Shown in pieces: positions 60,009 through 64,000 of a stretch of 64,000 bases of DNA (positions within the stretch are counted from its first letter, which is position 1; every line of letters starts with the position of its first letter). Made by a program: the position numbers and the translations under genes. Under the pieces are notes generated by a model. It saw nothing but the letters and a program-made list of their open reading frames with translations. It made no database searches and was not told the DNA's origin. Origin of the DNA: a bacterium (GTDB lineage: Bacteria; Patescibacteriota; Patescibacteriia; UBA10025); assembly GCA_021815445.1 (NCBI GenBank), contig JAKAGM010000001.1, forward strand, positions 299,527-363,526. The letters are read 5' to 3'.

Positions 60009-61556
60009 TTACATTATTTTAAATAGTGAGACGTCCCGTCCGCTAAACAAGGATATATAATGATTGTTTTGGTATAACGCGATGAGCGCATCTAATTTGC
60101 CGTTGCCTTCGAAGCTGTTTTTCATGAATAAAAAGTACTTTACGTTCTTCTCCTTAAAATACCTTAAACTTGAATCGGCCGATGGAGTATTTAAGGCAAT
60201 ACAACCGACATCAGCAGCATTGCAAAGCGTCCTACTCGTGGAAAAGTAACGTATATCACGGTCGGTGAGCATGCTGTCGTGGTATGTTTCAGATACGGCG
60301 TTGAAATTTGAATATACTAAATCATCCTTGCCTGAGACTTGATTCAATAATCGGAGTGCCTCGATTTGCTGCGCTGTCACCTTGTTAGATTGATTATACA
60401 GATTATAAACCCTATTAGCGCCGGCTGTAACTATCAATACTATAAAAATTGAAGAGATCACTACCATAATTTTCCTATTGAATCCCATGCGCGACAACTG
60501 AAAAATATAAAAAGCAGAAAAAACAGCTACAACGGTCCCCGCTAAAAAGATTATTCTTTCGAAATAGAAATTAACCCCAAGTTTATACGTTTGTGAGAGA
60601 CCCGCTATCACAATAAAAAATATAACCGGCAATAATTTGTAGGAGCGTATATTTTCTTTAAAACGGGTTACATATACCAATATGCCAAGGCATGCGGTAA
60701 CGAAGACGAAATCACCAAGATACGTGTGAAACTCGGAAAAAGGGATTACTTTCATAAATTTATTTGACGAAATTGAAAGCCAAAAAGCATGTTTCGCCTC
60801 TTTAAAAACAGGCAAATAAAGTTTAAAGAAGAAAAGAAGCGGTAAAAACAACAGGCATATGGCCAATAATCGAAAATACCTATTCAAAGCAAAAAAGATT
60901 TTCTTGATTTCGCTTCTGAGTGTTTTGTTGATTCCTATAAGTAATGCCACATATACTATGTATGTCAAAATGTAAATCGGCGCAGTTAAATAATTATGAG
61001 TTAGGTATAGTGCTAGGAGAAACACCGCAATTAGAATGGGGTAGATTTTTTTTCTGGTTGCAAAATATTTGTATGTAAAATAATAAGTAATATTAATGTA
61101 CACAAAGGCCAGAAGGTTGGAAACTGTTGAACCGATAAATAAACGTATTATTGAAAAACTTCCTAAGAGCGCAATGGGAAGAAGTATTGAGGAAAATTTT
61201 CCGTAAATCCTGCCAACTAAATAGCAACTGAGGAGCAACAACAGAATGAGGAATATCTGATATATCGAAAAAAGTGGGAAAACAATATCGAGATTAGTCA
61301 CGATATTCAGTAAAGCAAGATTTAAGTCGGTTAGTGGAGCCGTATATGCCCCCGAACCGTGGTACGTGAGCTGATAAGGCTTGGGCAAAGTATTATTATC
61401 CACAATCCAATGCACATCATTAATATAAACAGCCGCATCAACGCCAGGCGGCACTGGCTTAACAACTGCATAGAGAAAGATTGCAACCCCAAGGCAAAAA
61501 ACAAAAAAAAGCATTAGGCTAAATAAAATTTGCGCGTGTTTACGATAAAAATTCAT
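60009..61556 (-). CDS. Multi-TM GT-C-like membrane protein (AT-rich)
   Basis: N-terminal TM plus PPGVDAAVY loop, many TMs, FYFER, C-terminal soluble domain. Confidence 0.65.
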   Translation of the reverse strand: MNFYRKHAQILFSLMLFFVFCLGVAIFLYAVVKPVPPGVDAAVYINDVHWIVDNNTLPKPYQLTYHGSGAYTAPLTDLNLALLNIVTNLDIVFPLFSIYQIFLILLLLLSCYLVGRIYGKFSSILLPIALLGSFSIIRLFIGSTVSNLLAFVYINITYYFTYKYFATRKKIYPILIAVFLLALYLTHNYLTAPIYILTYIVYVALLIGINKTLRSEIKKIFFALNRYFRLLAICLLFLPLLFFFKLYLPVFKEAKHAFWLSISSNKFMKVIPFSEFHTYLGDFVFVTACLGILVYVTRFKENIRSYKLLPVIFFIVIAGLSQTYKLGVNFYFERIIFLAGTVVAVFSAFYIFQLSRMGFNRKIMVVISSIFIVLIVTAGANRVYNLYNQSNKVTAQQIEALRLLNQVSGKDDLVYSNFNAVSETYHDSMLTDRDIRYFSTSRTLCNAADVGCIALNTPSADSSLRYFKEKNVKYFLFMKNSFEGNGKLDALIALYQNNHYISLFSGRDVSLFKIM

Positions 61557-61579
61557 AAAACGAATTTGTTACGACCATG

Positions 61580-62731
61580 CTATATTGTAACATTTCTTTT
61601 GCTAAGTATCGAGACGTAAACATTTTCCAGCTGCTGAGCGATCAGGTCCCAGGTATTGTTTCTGGAAACTTTTTCATATCCAGTTTTTCCCATTATGAGG
61701 CTACGATCCGGATGAAGAGTTAGGTAGTCTATTTTTTCCACTAACTCACCAAGGTTTCCTTTCTCAAAAAGCAATCCGTCCTTCCCGTCCTCTACAACTG
61801 ATTGAAGCGCGGGCAAGTTGCTCGCTACCACCGGTTTCCCGCACGCAAATGCCTCTATGAGAACAATCCCAAACGATTCATTGTCAGATGGAAGGACCAA
61901 AAAGTCAGATTGGTGAAGATACTGACTGATCTCTTTGTTCGCTACTCTTCCGATAAAAGTAATGTGTTTGCTAATTCCCAATTGAATGGCCAAGTCCTCG
62001 TATGCCTGGCGCATGTCACCGTCACCGATCACAATCAAATGTGTTGGGGCCGCTGTGAGCGGGATAACTTTCATGAGCAGGTCCAATCTTTTGTAGTAGT
62101 GGGCCCTATCGAGCGCTCCAATGAAACATATTATCGGGATCTGGCTCGGAATGTGAAATTTCTTTCTCATGTCAACCCCACGGCCAGTGCTCACAAAATC
62201 ACGAAGGTTGATGCCGTTCGGAATTATTATTATTTTTTCATTAATGTTCTTAAGGGATAAAATTTGCGAGCTGTTAATATGATTTCGAGTAAGTGCTATT
62301 ATTTTGTTTGCGTCATACATGACGTGTTTTCTGAAAAGACCATTATACGTTGAAAAAATCGCCTTTCTGAGGATGCTGTCCCCCTGGATATCAACGTGAT
62401 AATTAACTACATAGGGTATGTGATACTGACGGGCAGCATTTCTCACAAATATATCCCCTCCGAAAAATGGGTAATGTAAGTGGAGCATATCAAAATCTGC
62501 TAATTTCTTGCGAAGAGATGGTATAAAGCTTGCATTACCAACAGTCAATAGGGGTCTTATATACTGTATCTTAAATGGGGTGATCCCGTGATATCGCCCA
62601 TGGCGTGGCCACGGCACGAATACGGTGACTGCATGCCCACGTCGGCTCAAGGCTTCAGCTTGATAAAAACATACATTACCTATCCCCCCCTCGTAAGGAG
62701 GAAATGTTGAGCTAATATGCGCAATGTTCAT
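61580..62731 (-). CDS. GT4 glycosyltransferase
   Basis: PPYEGGI, LHLHYP, IPNG, ESFGIVLIEAFACGKPVV. Confidence 0.93.
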   Translation of the reverse strand: MNIAHISSTFPPYEGGIGNVCFYQAEALSRRGHAVTVFVPWPRHGRYHGITPFKIQYIRPLLTVGNASFIPSLRKKLADFDMLHLHYPFFGGDIFVRNAARQYHIPYVVNYHVDIQGDSILRKAIFSTYNGLFRKHVMYDANKIIALTRNHINSSQILSLKNINEKIIIIPNGINLRDFVSTGRGVDMRKKFHIPSQIPIICFIGALDRAHYYKRLDLLMKVIPLTAAPTHLIVIGDGDMRQAYEDLAIQLGISKHITFIGRVANKEISQYLHQSDFLVLPSDNESFGIVLIEAFACGKPVVASNLPALQSVVEDGKDGLLFEKGNLGELVEKIDYLTLHPDRSLIMGKTGYEKVSRNNTWDLIAQQLENVYVSILSKRNVTI

Positions 62732-62744
62732 CTCTCGCTGACCG

Positions 62745-63782
62745 TTATTCTGTTAGGCTAAGCTCCTTAACGGGAATACCAAAGCGACGAAACCATGAAA
62801 CAATCTCCTTGCTTCCAACAACAGTGTATTTCCGCACTGCTTTCCTTTTTGCTACTATGCGCGGCAAAGATACGATTGCGGATATCCACGCCGAACATAC
62901 TATCATGACTAAGCGTACCCCGGAGGATTCCCCTGCCAATTTTGCCGCTGAGCCCTTCCGTGCAAAAACTCCGTATAACTGGTAACAATACCTCTGTAAA
63001 GTATAGAGGGGGCTGCGAAGTAAAAGTGGTAAAGGAAACAGCTTTGCCGCGAACCACACCCTGTTCCTTTCTACCAAGAATGCTTTGCGTGCCGAGTATT
63101 TGCCCACAGTTGCAGAGTATCTGTGATACAGCTTAGCATCCGGAACGTACAGACATGTCCACCCTCCTAATCTGGCGCGAAATCCCAGATCGCTGTCTTC
63201 AAGGAAAAATTGGTAATCTTCATCGAATAACCCTATCGTATCAAGCATATCTTTTCGATACATCCCCGCACACCCGCTTGGAAAAAAAACCTCTAGGGAT
63301 TTATCAAACTGCCCGCTGTCTCTCTGCATCCTTCCTCTCCCTCGGCAAATACCGTCGGGATAAATGAGTAAGCCGGTGCTGTCTATGACGTCACGACGGT
63401 AGAAGTTCAATATTTTGGTCGCCCACATTCCTACGGCTGGCAGAGACCTTTCGGCAGCTTCAACCAATCGGGATAAGAAGTTTTCATCAAGTTCAACATC
63501 GTTGTTCAGCACCAACACATATTTTCCTTTTGCCAACCGTATCCCGGCATTATTACCAGCTGAAAAGCTGTTTTCTGCGCAAATAACGGTAGTAATTCTA
63601 TCCGATCTCCCGTTGAGATACTGGAGCGATCCGTCTGTTGACCCGGTATCTACAAAGATGACCTCGTAGCGGGTATACGTTTGCTTGAAAATGGATGAAA
63701 TGAGTGCTTCAAGAAATTTTCGTCCGTTTCGGTTGAGAATGATAAGCGAAATAACGGGGTATGATCCCATAACTGAAGGCAT
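62745..63782 (-). CDS. GT2 glycosyltransferase (rhamnosyltransferase-like)
   Basis: IILNRNG, VDTGSTDGS, LNND, GLFDED..EDSDLGFR; ATG at 63782 just past the upstream stop. Confidence 0.9.
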   Translation of the reverse strand: MPSVMGSYPVISLIILNRNGRKFLEALISSIFKQTYTRYEVIFVDTGSTDGSLQYLNGRSDRITTVICAENSFSAGNNAGIRLAKGKYVLVLNNDVELDENFLSRLVEAAERSLPAVGMWATKILNFYRRDVIDSTGLLIYPDGICRGRGRMQRDSGQFDKSLEVFFPSGCAGMYRKDMLDTIGLFDEDYQFFLEDSDLGFRARLGGWTCLYVPDAKLYHRYSATVGKYSARKAFLVERNRVWFAAKLFPLPLLLRSPLYTLQRYCYQLYGVFARKGSAAKLAGESSGVRLVMIVCSAWISAIVSLPRIVAKRKAVRKYTVVGSKEIVSWFRRFGIPVKELSLTE

Positions 63783-63783
63783 G

Positions 63784-64000
63784 CTAACGTTTTTCAATTG
63801 TCTTCAGGGTCTCTTCTCGGGTGAACGCTTCAATCCGTTTTTCCATGCGTCTAACAATTACATAATTTCTAAACGTAATGCCAAAGAGTACAACGATTGC
63901 CACCACAACGACGAGGTCAAACGTACGGCTAATACTAAAACTTGTCAGTATGAACTGCACGCTCCGCGGATAAATAACGACAGCGATAAGTCCTACCCAC
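63784..64000 (-). CDS. DUF2304-family small membrane protein, C-terminal part (runs off the window end)
   Basis: Manual translation WVGLIAVVIYP..SISRTFDLVVVVAIVVLFGITFRNY..RMEKRIEAFTREE..KR*. Confidence 0.7.
   Translation of the reverse strand, partial: WVGLIAVVIYPRSVQFILTSFSISRTFDLVVVVAIVVLFGITFRNYVIVRRMEKRIEAFTREETLKTIEKR

Noticed and set aside
63780-63800. In-frame fusion of DUF2304 with the downstream GT2
   Set aside because: The DUF2304 frame stops at TAG (63784-63786) and the GT2 is in a different frame

Overview
A gene-dense chromosomal segment that looks like a Candidate Phyla Radiation / Patescibacteria genome (Parcubacteria/ABY1-like). This is an inference from the secretin-less pilB-C-M-N-O cluster, FG-GAP/YkuD and PEGA surface proteins, SD-poor starts and the presence of rplI. 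The left half is mostly housekeeping: partial secD, an FG-GAP/L,D-transpeptidase, secA, speA-speB, hpf, mraY-murD-ftsW-murG-murC-murB transcribed divergently from a type IV pilus operon, rpmA, and murA-ctpA-acyP-rplI-pyrG. The right half (about 27.7-64 kb) is a large surface-glycan locus. It holds rml genes interrupted by SAH hydrolase, GT-C membrane transferases and wzm/wzt. It also holds a complete Legionella-type legionaminic-acid-like pathway with an acetamidino module (hisF2/hisH2/wbuX), two Gfo/Idh/MocA oxidoreductases, a methyltransferase-Trm112-like fusion and several candidate nonulosonyl transferases. The most notable observations are: (1) SecD carries an inserted, apparently circularly permuted parvulin PPIase domain; (2) an amidinated, possibly methylated or epimerised nonulosonic-acid glycan system in a probable LPS-less monoderm; (3) a two-gene GC-rich islet with near-consensus promoters, boxA-like leaders and back-to-back terminators; (4) an L,D-transpeptidase fused to a lectin-like propeller. 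I saw no tRNA, rRNA, CRISPR array or transposase. All calls come from motif recognition by eye; no database searches were run.
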